Assembly (NCBI RefSeq): GCF_006345805.1
Contig: NC_043000.1
Span: forward strand, 136,648,001-136,712,000
Origin: Octopus sinensis
Lineage: Eukaryota
Length of the DNA stretch: 64,000 nucleotides
Reading direction: 5' to 3'
The translations under genes and the position numbers were made by a program. Positions 50,501-63,980 of the stretch are shown one piece after another (the stretch's first letter is position 1; each line of letters starts with the position of its first letter). The notes below the pieces were generated by a model, which saw nothing but the letters and a program-made list of their open reading frames with translations, was not told the DNA's origin and did not search any database.

Positions 50501-50778
50501 TATATATAATTACACTCACAGTTTAGGAATCAGTTGTCATAACTTCTTGCAGTCATTTGGAACCTACTATAATAATACTCTTATGTCTTTCTCTATCACA
50601 ACATATGAGTGAGAAAGAAAGGGGCGATAGATGAATAAGGAAGGAAGGGGTGATGGCAAATTTGGTAGTGGGATGATGGAAGTTCTGTGGGAAAAAAATC
50701 AAACAGCATTTCAACTCTGCATGGGTATATGTGTGTGTATGTAAAAGGGAGTCATGTGAATGTTTGTGTATGTGTGTG

Positions 50779-50809
<31 letters not shown>

Positions 50810-51739
50810 TGTGTGTGTGTTTGCATGTGTGTGTGTGTGTGTGCAATGGTAGTGGCATGGTAAATAATCAATGCTGAAAGGAAAACTCAAACAGCATTTC
50901 AGCTCTGTGCATGTGTGTGCATGTATAAGGGAAGTATGTGAATGTTTTGTATCTGTGAGTATTTTGTACCTTATTCATATATAGAATACTAAAATTAGCT
51001 GTCCTTTTTTCCAGCACGGGGCCACCTAGTACATGCATAATTTCTTATCTTATAAGTTAACACATACAGTAACTATGTGTTATGAATTATACAGCAAGAG
51101 ACACAAAACCAGAGACATACACACAGCAAATACAAACAGAGACGTACACACAGCAAACACAAACATAAGCACACACACACACACTGGATGGCTAGATGGA
51201 TAGATAGCTGGAAACATGTATGTAGAAGCCAATAAGATCACACATATACTTTAAAGTATTTTCGCAGTAGCCAGAAAGTTTTACTAAACAAAAATACAAT
51301 ATCCCAGTAGCTAACTTCAAGAAAATCTTTATAAAGCCTTCCATGAAAAGATAGATTTCAAAAGGATGAAGCATTCCACAACTATCTTGAAACATATTTC
51401 AGAATACAAAAATAATTTGTGGTATGACATTCTAATGGACAAATTTTTCCTCTCTGACTCACAAAGGTCTAAGGTTAGAAAATAGCTACAAATGAGTTAT
51501 TTTGTGATTTTCAGCCCATGATATGATGTGCAATGTCTTATGAAAGGACATCAATGAAACAGATCAAATAATGTGGAGAAGACTGAGAGTGATGCCAATA
51601 TACACTGCAATACATCTACAAAAGAACAGTGTAGGCATCTCATCAAACAGAAGGAATGACAACATATATATATCATATTCCTGCATAGGCATGTGCATAT
51701 ATGCATATATATGCGTATGTTTTCGTGAGTACATGCAGA

Positions 51740-51742
51740 CTC

Positions 51743-51773
<31 letters not shown>

Positions 51774-51881
51774 ATATTTGTACACATACACACACACACA
51801 CACACAGATAGATAGATTGATAGATGGATAGATAGACAGATAGATAGATAGAAAGATATCGATATGAATGTATGTATTATA

Positions 51882-51939
<58 letters not shown>

Positions 51940-51976
51940 CATATATATACATATATATATATACATATATATATAC

Positions 51977-52029
<53 letters not shown>

Positions 52030-52190
52030 CAATATATATATATAAATACAAACACCTATATACATATATGTGTGTGTGTGCGTGTGTGTGTATAGATGTA
52101 TAAAGGAAGCTTCAGCTTTGAATGGATGAATTATATATGTGGTATATGTGTGCATGTGAATGTATGTGTGTACTGGTACAGAGGAAGAGA

Positions 52191-52248
<58 letters not shown>

Positions 52249-52495
52249 CACACACACACACACAGAGAAGAAACATATCAGTTTAGAAGTGAAAAACAAC
52301 ACACAGTAAAAGCGTAAATCATTGAGTGATTCTCACTTGTCTGTAAGTGTCTTGTTTTTCACTTATAAACAGATATACTCTTAACACACTCTGTCATTCA
52401 AGGCATTGAGTATTTTGCCTGTTCCAAAAGGAAACTATGCATACTTTATACGTTTGTGTATATATATATACATATATATATGTGTGTGTGTGTGC

Positions 52496-52543
<48 letters not shown>

Positions 52544-52645
52544 GTGTATGTGTATATATACATATACATATATATATACATACACACACATATATATATA
52601 TGCATACATATATTACATATATGGATATATGCATATAAATATGTA

Positions 52646-52689
<44 letters not shown>

Positions 52690-52703
52690 ATTTATATCTA
52701 TCA

Positions 52704-52750
<47 letters not shown>

Positions 52751-52990
52751 GATCTATCTATCTATATATACATATATATATATGTATATATATGTGTGTA
52801 TACATATATATATATATATAAAATATAAAAAGCTAGGTGCAATATAACGATTAAATTTTTCCCTTATATATATATATACTTACACATTTATGCACAAATA
52901 TATATGTGCATATATATGCATATATATGTGTATGTATGAGTGTGTGTATATATATATATCTATATATATATATATACACTCAATACACAT
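51740..52990. repeat. Cluster of (CT), (GATA), (TA), (GA), (TG) microsatellites
   Basis: Direct inspection. Confidence 0.95.
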
Positions 52991-54114
52991 GCATAAACAC
53001 AAACAAACAAGCAAACTTACACACACCCACATGCATGCATTAAATATTAAACACAAGACTGAAGGGTGAATTAACCAAGTTCATTTAGTTTCATTCATAT
53101 TATTTAACACTTGACTGTGTGTTACTTGAGAGAAGAAATGCATTAGCTTTTCCAAGCTGAAGAAAGAGGGGGTTGGGCTAAGATTCCAGTTACTTCAGTA
53201 ACTATAGCATTAATGATGGGAACATTATTGTGTTATTGAAGAGAAGCTGTTTCATGTTGAAATGCCTTATACATGATGGATATTACCGTTTATGCATAAG
53301 GATGTTATTTGCATTAGTTGCTGTGTTTAAGTGAAGAATCACAAAAGAACCAACCATTTCGTGGTAGGTTCTATGTTAGTTTATACTGGATGTTTAGTTT
53401 ATAGTGGATGATATAAGGTGTTAAAAGTGCATTTATCAGGTGCTGGAGTGAGAAGACTAATTGGATTTAGAGCCTCCTTATTGAGTGGACTGGTGTGGAT
53501 GCTCCCAAATGGTACATAAAAATATCAAATGCTAATATGAAATGTCTGTGTGTATGTATGTATGTAACAATGTCATCATCAATTCATATCCGTTTTCTAT
53601 GCTGACAAGGGTCAGAGAGCTTGACAGTATCTGAAGAGTCAGAACTGTCACACTCCAGTATTTTTTATTTTGGCATCGTTTCTACAGCAGGATGCCTTCT
53701 TAATGCCAACCACTTTACAGAGGGCACTAAGTGCATTTTTGCAGCACCAGAAGTACATACCTATGTCATCATTATCACTACCACCACCACCGCCATCATC
53801 ATCATCATTTCAAGTCCACATTCTATGCTGGCATGACTCGAGCAGTTTGAGAGGAACTGATGTATCCAAGGACTGCATCAAGCTCCAATGTCTGCTTTGC
53901 TATTGTTTTTACACCTGGATGATCTTCCTAATGCTAAGCAACTTAGAGTGTGAACCAGGTACTTTTTATGCCATGCCATCTTCACCGTTATTTAAGTCAC
54001 CATGCAGTTTGCAGCAATATATATATATATATCTATCAGTCGCCATGATAGATTGGTAGCCACTACGCAATTTTTTTTCTCTCCTTGTTTCTCTCTTTAT
54101 TTTGTACTGTGTCC

Positions 54115-54150
54115 CTTTCTGTAGAAGAGTGTAGACTCAAAATGTAAAAG
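54115..54150 (+). ncRNA. Degenerate hammerhead-like motif (family ii)
   Basis: CTTT-CTGTAGA-AGAGT-GTAG-ACTC-AAAA-TG-TA-AAAG; the stem II C-G pair is replaced by T-A. Confidence 0.5.
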
Positions 54151-54235
54151 ACTTTTTCAATTCCTGAGCATTATACTAATACATCTGATTTGTACACAAC
54201 CTGTTTTCGTCTTTTGTTTTTTTCGTAAACTCTCC

Positions 54236-54276
<41 letters not shown>

Positions 54277-55424
54277 TATTACTACTTCCATATCAGCTCA
54301 ATTTGGATTTTCCTTATAGCCACTCATGACACTGCAGACGTTGCCCTGGATGAAGAATTCGAAGTTAAGTTCAAATCTTTTCGAACATTGCTATATGTTT
54401 TCTATACTGAGTACTTCCATCTACCAAATCCATTTGCAGGCTTTTAATCTTCCTGACACTATAATAGAAGGCTTTTGTCAAAGGTCTTATGCAGTGGTCA
54501 CAGGCCAACATCTCCAAGCTTAAATACAGCAAGTTAATGAAATATATTTTAAATAGTTCTCTTAGCATCTTAGAGTCATTTAAAATATTCCTCTATGCTA
54601 CTCTACACTGCACATTTTGCAGCTAGGTGGAATAGATAATTGAAAATTAATTGCTTTGCCAGGAGAAAGGAAAACATTGCAGGCCAAGCAATGCGACATG
54701 AACTTCTGATTTTTCAGTTTATAATCTATTACACTGAACTTGTGTGTATGTGTGTATGTGTGTATGTGTGTGTGTGTGATCAGTTAACTTTCTCTCTCTC
54801 GTTTTCTCTCATTTTTTCTCTATTTTTGTCCTTCTATATTTGTGTTTGTTTATGTGTAAGCTTATATATTTTTTTTAATTTCCTATTTTCTTTAGAAAAG
54901 ACTACTTACAAATATTTAAATATACTTCCTTCTTTTAGCTCATCTTGAATGTCTATACAACTCATCAGTTGAAAACATCAGTGCCAATTTACTAAAGGCA
55001 TTTAAGTATTTTTAATGAAATACATCAAAAAACAAACCATAAAAGTTGAAATAAAAGTAGAAAGAAAAAAGAAAGTGAAAAAATATGTCGATATTCTTAA
55101 AGACATTCTTGAAATAAAGTATTTTTAAAAAATCGATCAAAATAAGAGTTATAGTCTTTTAATAAAAGTCACTACCTTAATAAAAGCATAATCTAGGTTC
55201 AGGAGGAGCAAATTCATTATATTAATACAAAAATTAATTCAGGAAAATATATGTAGGATTCTGAAATGCTACCGAAAAAAAAAATGGAGGGGGGGGGCAG
55301 AAACAGAATCCTAAAATAATAATTTCTTACACAGATGAAGGGCTAAAAACTTGTTTTCTGAAGAGAGTAAGTAAATCAACCCAGTATTTAAGTAGTACTT
55401 TACTTTATTGATACAGGAAATCCT

Positions 55425-55625
55425 CATCATCCTCATCATTATCATCATCATCATCGTTTAACGTCCGTTTTCCATGCTAGCATGGGTTGGACGGTTCAAC
55501 TGGGGTCTGGGAAGCCAGAAGGCTGCGCCAGGCCCAGTCTGATCTGGCAGTGTTTCTACAGCTGGATGCCCTTCCTAACGCCAACCACTCCATGAGTGTA
55601 GTGGGTGCTTTTTACGTGCCACCTG
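55425..55625 (-). mobile_element. Family C element (tail only)
   Basis: Near-identical to 14172-14365. Confidence 0.85.
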
Positions 55626-56006
55626 CAATTGACCATGGAAGAAATTTCAAATCAGAATGTGAAAGGCTATAATTCGATAGTGGAAAAAAATTTGTTGGCT
55701 GCAAATAAAACTTGTTGTATTGCTTAGTACAATGTCTTAATGGTTGTCTACAAATAAATAATTTCATGGATGCAGACTTTCTTACTTAATACCATTTTAC
55801 AATCTAAATATTTAATTTGAATGGAAGTGCTTTAAGAAGGCTAAATATAACACTGGCCACAAAAGCAGGGCAACTGAGTTTTATCCTGTTAGAGTTTTCC
55901 TAAGATTGTGAGAATCTATCAGACACATTGTTAGATTTTGTAAAGCTACCAACCTTCCTATTTTATTATAAATATATACACGGTCAGAAAAGAATCTGGA
56001 CAACTT

Positions 56007-57560
56007 ATCATCATCATCACCATTATCATCATTTAACGTCCATTGCCCACGCTGGAATGGGTTGAATGGTTTGACTGGGCTGCACCAGACTCCAGTCTGA
56101 TTTACCATGGTTGCCCTTCCTAACGCCAACCACTCCAAGAGTGTAATGGGTGCTTTTTTCACAGGTGCTATTTGTGTGACACTGGGGTGTGTTTATGTGG
56201 CACTGACATGGGTGCCAATTTGCATGACTATGATTTTACTTAGCTTGATCGGTCTTCTTCTCAAGTATAACATTATGCCAAAGGTCTTGGTCATTGTCTC
56301 TATGAGGCCCAACACTCGAAAGAAACTCAGCCACCTTACTTCTGTGAGGCCCAACGTTCGAAAAGAACTCAGTTACTTTGCCTCCGTGAGGCCCAATGCT
56401 CAAAAGGAACTCAGCCACTTTGCCTCTATACGGTCCAACACTTGAAAGGAACTCACCCACTTTGCCTCTGTAAAGCCCAACATTCAAAAGGTGTTCCTTA
56501 TGTGCCACCAGCATGGGTGCACTTGGCTAGATAGGTTCTCTCAAGCACAGCACATTGCCAAAGGTCTCAGTCACCAGTCATTGCATCTGTGAGGCTCAAA
56601 GTTTGAAGATCATGCTTAACCACCTCATCCCATGTCTTCCTGGGTTTACCTCCACCACAGGTTCCCTCCACAGTTAGAGATCAACACTTCTTTACACAGC
56701 TGTCCTCATCCATACACATCACATGACCATACCAGCACAGTCGTCTCTCTTGCACACCACATCTGATACCTCTTGTGCCTAACTTTTCTCTCAAGATACT
56801 TACACTCTGTGAACATGCACACTGACATTGCACATCCAGCAAAGCATACTAGTTTTATTTCTTTCAGGCCTGCACATGTTCTCAGCTGTCATAACCCATG
56901 TTTCACTGCCATGCAGCATAGCTGTTTGCACAAAGGCATCAAACAATCTGCCTTTCACTCTGAGGGAGAGGCCCTTTGTTGCTTGCAGGAGTAAAAGCTT
57001 TCTGAATTTTGCCCAGCCTAATCTTATTCTCACAGCTACGCTATCAGAGCATTCATCTCCACTACTGACTTAGTCACCTTGATAATGGAAGCTATCTACT
57101 TTCTCTAGCTTGCACCCCTGGAAGTTGATGAAGTCTGTTTTCTGCACATTTTCAGCATTTATTTTACCAGTGCATTTTCCATATACAAAAGCTAGTTTCC
57201 CTGTTAACCTTCCTTTGATATTGCTGTACCTTTTATGTGTCCAAAGCTTAAACCAGGTGCATCTTATGAAGTTTCTACCTGTACCTTTTCTACTGATCGA
57301 GCAGGGCCATCTACCTGAAGAGATTTGTAATTTGTCTGCCTTCCTACTTACTAAGACTTTGGTTTTTGCTAGGTTAACTCTAAGGCCCTTTGATTCAAGA
57401 CCTTGCTTCCATACCTGGAACTTCTCTAGTTCAGGTAGTGATTCTGCTATAACAGCAAGGTCATCATAGAGGATCTCCCAGAGGCAGCCTGTCTTGAATC
57501 CTTCTGTTATTGCCTGAAGGACTATGATGAACAAGAGGGGGCTGAGCACCAATTCTTAGT
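56007..57560 (-). mobile_element. 5'-truncated RTE LINE: RT C-terminal half, ORF2 end, and 3' UTR with family C tail
   Basis: LSPLLFIIVLQA...LY-DDL...GLRVNLAKTKVL; RIRLGWAKFR...MLHGSETW; continues without a break into GTGGTTGGCGTTAGGAAGGGC...GTTAAATGATGAT. Confidence 0.9.
56299..56493. repeat. 42-bp tandem repeat (about 4.5 copies) derived from the RTE ORF2 end
   Basis: Units start at 56299, 56341, 56383, 56425 and 56467. Confidence 0.9.
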
Positions 57561-57604
57561 GAACCCCTACTTGTACCTTGAATTCTTCACTGTACTTGTT
57601 ACCC

Positions 57605-57642
<38 letters not shown>

Positions 57643-58259
57643 GATACAAAAAAAGAAAATGGAGAAATACACCTTAATCAATAATCAACTACCAGATAAT
57701 ACTCAATCACATAATTTATTAAGCCACTACATATGAACATCAAGGTCAAACATAAAATATAGAACAAAACAATGCACATCAATGAGTAATATGATACAAT
57801 AAGTACAATATGTATAAGTGAATATAAATAAATATAAATATAAATACAAACTACATCTACAGCTGATTCAGCCATGCAGATATATATATATATATATGTG
57901 TATTTTACAATAAAAATTCTATATCATGGACATAGAGTTACCAAAGGTTTCACACCCACAAAGCTAAAGCCTTGTGGACAGCTCGTGAGACTATATGAAT
58001 GCAAAATATTAAAATATCTACATCGTAGATATGAGGAAATGCTTAGAACTTGAGGAATATGATAAAATGTTAATGAGTATGAGTTATTTCCCCTTAAACA
58101 GAGGGATAAAAAACAAACAAAAATGGTGTAATGATCAAACAGGGAGATCCTATTTTCTAGTAAGTAGCTCTTAAAGTGGAGACATTTAGAAAATACTTCT
58201 TTACAGCTGTTTAATGCACCAGGCTTAAAATCTTTAAGAATTTTTGACGTATTTTCTCA

Positions 58260-58460
58260 AACACAGCAAACTGCTCAGAGTTTCAGCCACCTGTCATTCT
58301 CTTTGTGAGGCCCAATGTCTGAAGATTGTTTCTCACCCATGTCCTCCTGGGTCTACCCCTTCCACATGTTCCCATCACAACTTGAGATCAGCAGTTCTTG
58401 ATGCAACTATTTTCATCCATATGTATTACATGACTGTGCCAGTGCAGGGTATTTTGGGTA
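58260..58460 (-). mobile_element. RTE ORF2 3' fragment
   Basis: Similar to 56580-56740 (TGTGAGGCCCAA...CATGTC.TCCTGGGT.TACC). Confidence 0.65.
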
Positions 58461-59911
58461 CACAAGACCTGTTTATGCTGTAGACTTCTTATTAGAATAA
58501 GAAACAAAATGATGTCAGAACAGAAGGAGATTATTTGGTTGCTTGAACACCAGCAGAAGAAATATAAGACACTTTTATAATGAATAAGAAAAAAAAATGG
58601 ACGGACACAACTTTTTAGTGAATTTATAAAGAAGAGAATATTGGTAAAATGTTGGTCAAGGTGTCAATTGACTTTGTACACCTATGCCATTGATGGAAAC
58701 AGATGAATTACTTGAGATTACAGTGGCATAGCATGAGCTAAGCATGTGTATTGGCTGTCCCCCTTCCTCAAATATAACATAACATGTTTACCCCCACCAT
58801 ACCAAAGTGGCTACTCTATGCTGTTCACATACCCCTCACATCAAGTGCTATACGACGACAAAATTACTTCTAGCTTATGTTTTGTCAGTTTGAAATCTTA
58901 ATATTAGGTAACCAAACATCTTTATTTCTCATACCTCAGCATTAAAATACATGCTGTTTCTCCATTGAACTCATTCAGCTCTTCTTAAGAATTATGAAAT
59001 AATGTTAGAATTCTGTTCATTGTATAATGTACTAAAATTATCTAATTTCAAAAATTATTGAAAGGATTTTTGGTGATGCAGAAAACAAATCATCTCCTTG
59101 AATTGCAATGTTAAAATAAAATAAAAAGATCTGCCTACAGGAAATAAATCACTGTAACTAGTTTGTCATTGCTTTATTTACTTTTTTATATAACTCCCAT
59201 TTAAGGTAGAGGCGAGATTGCTGATGCAGACAAGAGACTTATAATTGTGACATTGATAAAAATATGACAAAGGGATATACAGAGTTATACTAAATAACTA
59301 ATTCTCTCTTTTGATACCATTTTGCACGAGATAAACTTTGATTCTATAATGCAGAAGAACTTGATTTAAAGTGATCAAATATAAATGAAAATTAAATCTT
59401 CTTCATTATTTTACATTTTGTTAAGCCTCACCTACTTCATGGACTGGAGTTTTGTCATGTTGGACAGGTTTCCATGATTCTGTGATCTCAAGTGCTGTGT
59501 TTGGGAGGGAGTACCGCAAATCTTAGTGCTAGAAATTATTACAGACCTTTAAAAACCAACAGCTTTCAAAAGATAATGAATGTACATGAAAAAAGATTTC
59601 AATAAATTCGGACAATGCATGGACATTCTACTGAAATCAGCCTACACTACACAGAATGTGACATATAAGTACACTGGGATGGAACTCTCTCATTTACTTA
59701 ATGTTAAACTAATTTTGTAAAAAGATTGATGAGGGTTCCGCAGTATGACCACAGGCCACCACTAAGAAACCAGAAAAAAGAATATACAGGATATGTTCAT
59801 TTGCATAGCATGTTTGCTACATACATCCATAGTACATGCTGCATATGGAGCTAATGTTAAAGAAAGCAAAATGGTATGTTGTTATTTGGTAAAAGAAAAA
59901 GTATCTATTTG

Positions 59912-60145
59912 CAAGGCGGCGAGCTGGCGGAAGCGTTAGCGCACCGGGTGAAATGCTTTGCGGTATTTTGTCAGCTGTTACGTTCTGAGTTCAAATTCTG
60001 CCGAGGTTGACTTTGCCTTTCATCCTTTTGGGGTCGATTAAATAAGTACCACTTACACATTGGGGTCGATATAATCAACTTAATCCATTTGTCTGCCCTT
60101 TCTTGTCCTCTCTGTGTTTAGCCCCTTGTGGGCAGTAAAGAAATA
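59912..60145 (+). mobile_element. SINE family B, full length, 24-bp TSD
   Basis: GGTAAAAGAAAAA(GT/TA)ATCTATTTG at 59888-59911 and 60146-60169. Confidence 0.9.
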
Positions 60146-60600
60146 GGTAAAAGAAAAATAATCTATTTGTTGATATTAATTTCAATAAATATCTTCTTTC
60201 ACTGGATACTAGTGTAGTAGATGGAATAAGACACCTACTGATTCAAAATTTCCTTCTTACACAGTAATGTAATGTTTCTGAAATCACTGTCTATGAGGTG
60301 GCTAAAATATGATCTTTATCATTTGAACATCAATAAGATTGCTTTTGTGAGGATAGATTATAATCAACCAAATAACCTTGTCCTCTAAACATGAAAAGAT
60401 CAGCTGTTAAAAAAAAAAGACTTGAACAAGGTCATTTATGACTAAGTGATGACACAGAAGATTTACAATTTGGGAAGAGTTAAGCCAAAGATGTCAAAGC
60501 ACAGAGAATCTCAGATAAATTTTTCAGAGAAAACTATTCGATTGGAAGCTAGTAAGAATGCTTCAAAGTCTTATTTCAAAGTACCATATATACTGATATT

Positions 60601-61080
60601 CTTTTCTACTCTAGGCACAAGACCCGAAATTTTGTGGGAGGGGGCCATTCTATTAGATCGACCCCAGTGTGCAACTAGTACTTAATTTATAGACCCTGAA
60701 AGGATCAAAGGCAAAGTCGACCTTGGCAGAATTTGAACTCAGAATGTTAAGACAGACAAAATACCTATTTCTTTACTACCCAGAAGGGGCTAAACACAGA
60801 GGGGACAAACAAGGACAGAAAAACGGATTAAGTCGATTACATCGACCCTAGTGTGTAACTGGTACTTAATTTATCAACCCCGAAAGGATGAAAGGCAAAG
60901 TTGACCTCGGCAGAATTTGAACTCAGAATGTAACGGCAGACCAAATATAGCTATGCATTTCGCCCAGTGTGCTAACGTTTCTGCCAGCCCTCCGCTGGCA
61001 AAATACCACTAAAATACCACAGACAAAATACCACTAAGCAATTCACCTGGCATGCTAATGTTTCTGCCAGCTAGCTGCCT
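60601..61080 (-). mobile_element. SINE family B multimer inserted as one unit, 19-bp TSD
   Basis: TACCATATATACTGATATT at 60582-60600 and 61081-61099. Confidence 0.9.
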
Positions 61081-61419
61081 TACCATATATACTGATATTA
61101 TCTTCATATCATGTTCAGAAAGCTAAATGGTGAAGACCATAATTTTAATGTTTAAACTTGCAATTAGCTGCTGAAAGAGAGGAAGCAATAAAGTACAATT
61201 AACAAAATATATAATTAAATATCTGCAGAAGTCTCAGTTTCCTTCGTAAAAGGTTTCCTTAGTAAAATTGACTTGAGCAGATAACTTAAAATGCACCATC
61301 CATCCTTCCATTCAACCATCTATCCATTCATCTCTGCATGCTATTCCTGAGAAGTTTGTGGATGTAGAATCCTAAGGCACCGCCTCTATAGGGTCCTATT
61401 AAAAGAAATCACCATTACT

Positions 61420-61960
61420 TTCTGGCTGGATTCACAAGCATGGATTTAGACTACAGATATTATCCAACCATCTTATTCTTGATCTATCCCTAGGTCTCCA
61501 GCTTGTTGGCTTAACTTGAAGAATCTGTCTTACGATTCTGTCCATCAATATTTCAATGATGCATCTATAGTATTGGAACTTGGACCTCTCAAAGTGGAGA
61601 AGTAGCAACTTGACCTGGCGAGTCTCCATGATCTTCGAGTTATGCACCCTGTGAAGTAACATTACTTCAGTGATTCTTCAAAGGAACCCCGGATCGGCTG
61701 CTTGTATTCACAATCATACCCTTTCAGTCATTATCCAATATTCATAACCAGAAGTAAAGACAGGCATGAAACCTGAATTGAAGACAATGAGTTTGACCTT
61801 TTCACAAGCCATTTCTCTCCTAAGGATCATACATTGCTGCTGACACATTATTGCGCCAAACCCTGCAATTTTAGCATTCAGTTCAGCCTCCTGCTTGCAC
61901 ATCATATGGGAATATGGCCTTGAGATACTTAAACGTCTTCAGTTGCCTCATCATTAGCAT
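61420..61960 (-). mobile_element. RTE-clade LINE ORF2 C-terminal remnant
   Basis: KVKLIVFNSGFMPVFTSGYEYWIMTERV...QVKPTSWRPRDRSRIRWLDNI resembles LxYG.E.W and RPRGRPRxRW.D. Confidence 0.75.
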
Positions 61961-62440
61961 TTTGAATTCAATGTTAGCATTAAATGTCATGGATTAACAG
62001 CGTATGTGCAGTAGCAAACAATAACATCATAGAATGTCAATTTGACTAAAAGACCTTTTTATTTTTACCAATATATGAAACCACAATTATCATACTTCCA
62101 ATGTGACCTCTGTGTTATAGAAGTTCATAATCAAGAAAAATCACTATTTTATATTTATCCTCAAAAGATGAAGACATTCCATAGAGCATTACACATAACT
62201 TGGTGGGTCCTCAGAAAACAAGGCATAAACTGAATGATAGTGAGACTGTCAGATGCCTTACATGAAGCATCTACTAGTAAAGTTAATGTTGGCAACAAAT
62301 TCAATAATGAAATATTTACAGGCATTTTTTTCTCCAAGACTTTTGATTGACTCTTTTCTGTTACTTATATTTCTACAAGTTATTAGGTAAGAGTTGAACA
62401 CTGCATGTCCTGGGAAACTTTTGTATATTGATAACCTGGT

Positions 62441-62770
62441 TCATCATCATCATCATTAACGTCTGCTTTCCATGCTAGCATGGGTTGGACGATTTGACTG
62501 AGGGCTGGCGAACCAGATGGCTGCACCAGGCTCCAATCTTGATCTGGCAGAGTTTCTACAGCTGGATGCCCTTCCTAATGCCAACTACTCTGAGAGTGTA
62601 GTGGGTGCTTTTATGTGCCACCGGCACAGGTGCCTGTAAGGCGATACAGGTAATGATCACGCTCAAATGGTGCCTTTTACATGCCACTGGCATGGAAGCC
62701 AGTTAGCCGCTCTGGCAATGATCATGCTCGGATGGTACTCTTAGCACCCTACTAGCAAGGGGCTCAAGTG
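62441..62770 (-). mobile_element. Family C element
   Basis: Very similar to 10966-11262. Confidence 0.85.
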
Positions 62771-63143
62771 CCAGAAAATCTGCTGGTAAGTTTTAGGGAA
62801 AGTTCTAAAGCCTAAGTTATAGGCATGAAAATATTGTTGCCTTAGTAATGTTCAGTCATGAAGTACTTTCTATGATAAGCTTCTTATTTGTAATATATGT
62901 CATCTTTACATTATTGGGTTAGGCATAAGATATATACAAATAGATCATTTGTATACATTAACACTTACATGTTATATATACACACTTGTATGTACGAGTA
63001 TGTGTCTGATAACTAGACACACAAGAATCTCATATCACATATCTAAACTCATCTAATTGAGGCATTCATTCACTGAGAATGCTTTACAACCAATTAAAAA
63101 TTATGCATATATATGTGTACATATGTATGTATATATATGTATA

Positions 63144-63210
<67 letters not shown>

Positions 63211-63734
63211 GCACACACATATCTATTCGTATATATCTGTGCATACGCATATGTATATATTTCATACATATATATGTATGAATACATACATACATATGTA
63301 CATATATATACGCATGTACATATTTGGCACAACTAGGCAAATAATGTCAGTGTACTTGGTGACTTCTCAAAAGTCTATAAGAATTATCAATCATGAATTT
63401 CCTTGCATGAAATCATGCTGGCTGACCAGGATGAGGTGGTAATTCTTCAGCTGTTCATTTGTGAATCCTGTTATAATTGATTCAAAAACTTTCCATATAA
63501 CTGAAGTCATGCTGACAGGATGATAGTTTTCTGCAGAATGAATTTCTTATTGCTATCAACTCTTGTTGTTTGTGATTTTGTTTATTATTTTCATCTATTT
63601 TTCTATTTTTCTAGCATTATTTTTATTAACTATTTATTCATTTTTGTTTTAAAGAGAGAAGTGATGTTTGCATAGAAGTGAAAACTCTATTTTTAAACAG
63701 TCCTTCACTTATTTTCTTGTATTTACTTAAGGTT

Positions 63735-63755
63735 TATATATATATACATATATAT

Positions 63756-63794
<39 letters not shown>

Positions 63795-63816
63795 CATACA
63801 AATATACATACAAATA

Positions 63817-63863
<47 letters not shown>

Positions 63864-63980
63864 ATAGATAGATAGATAGATAGATAGATACATAGATAGA
63901 TACATATACATATGCACACACACATACATGGACACACATATATTGATGCACACACATATATATATATATATACACTCACT
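63735..63980. repeat. (TA)/(GATA)/(CA) microsatellite
   Basis: Direct inspection. Confidence 0.95.

Noticed and set aside
8701-63979. Many [12 protein letters not shown] ORFs in the ORF track
   Set aside because: Stop-free translations of (TA), (CA), (TG) and (TATG) microsatellites.
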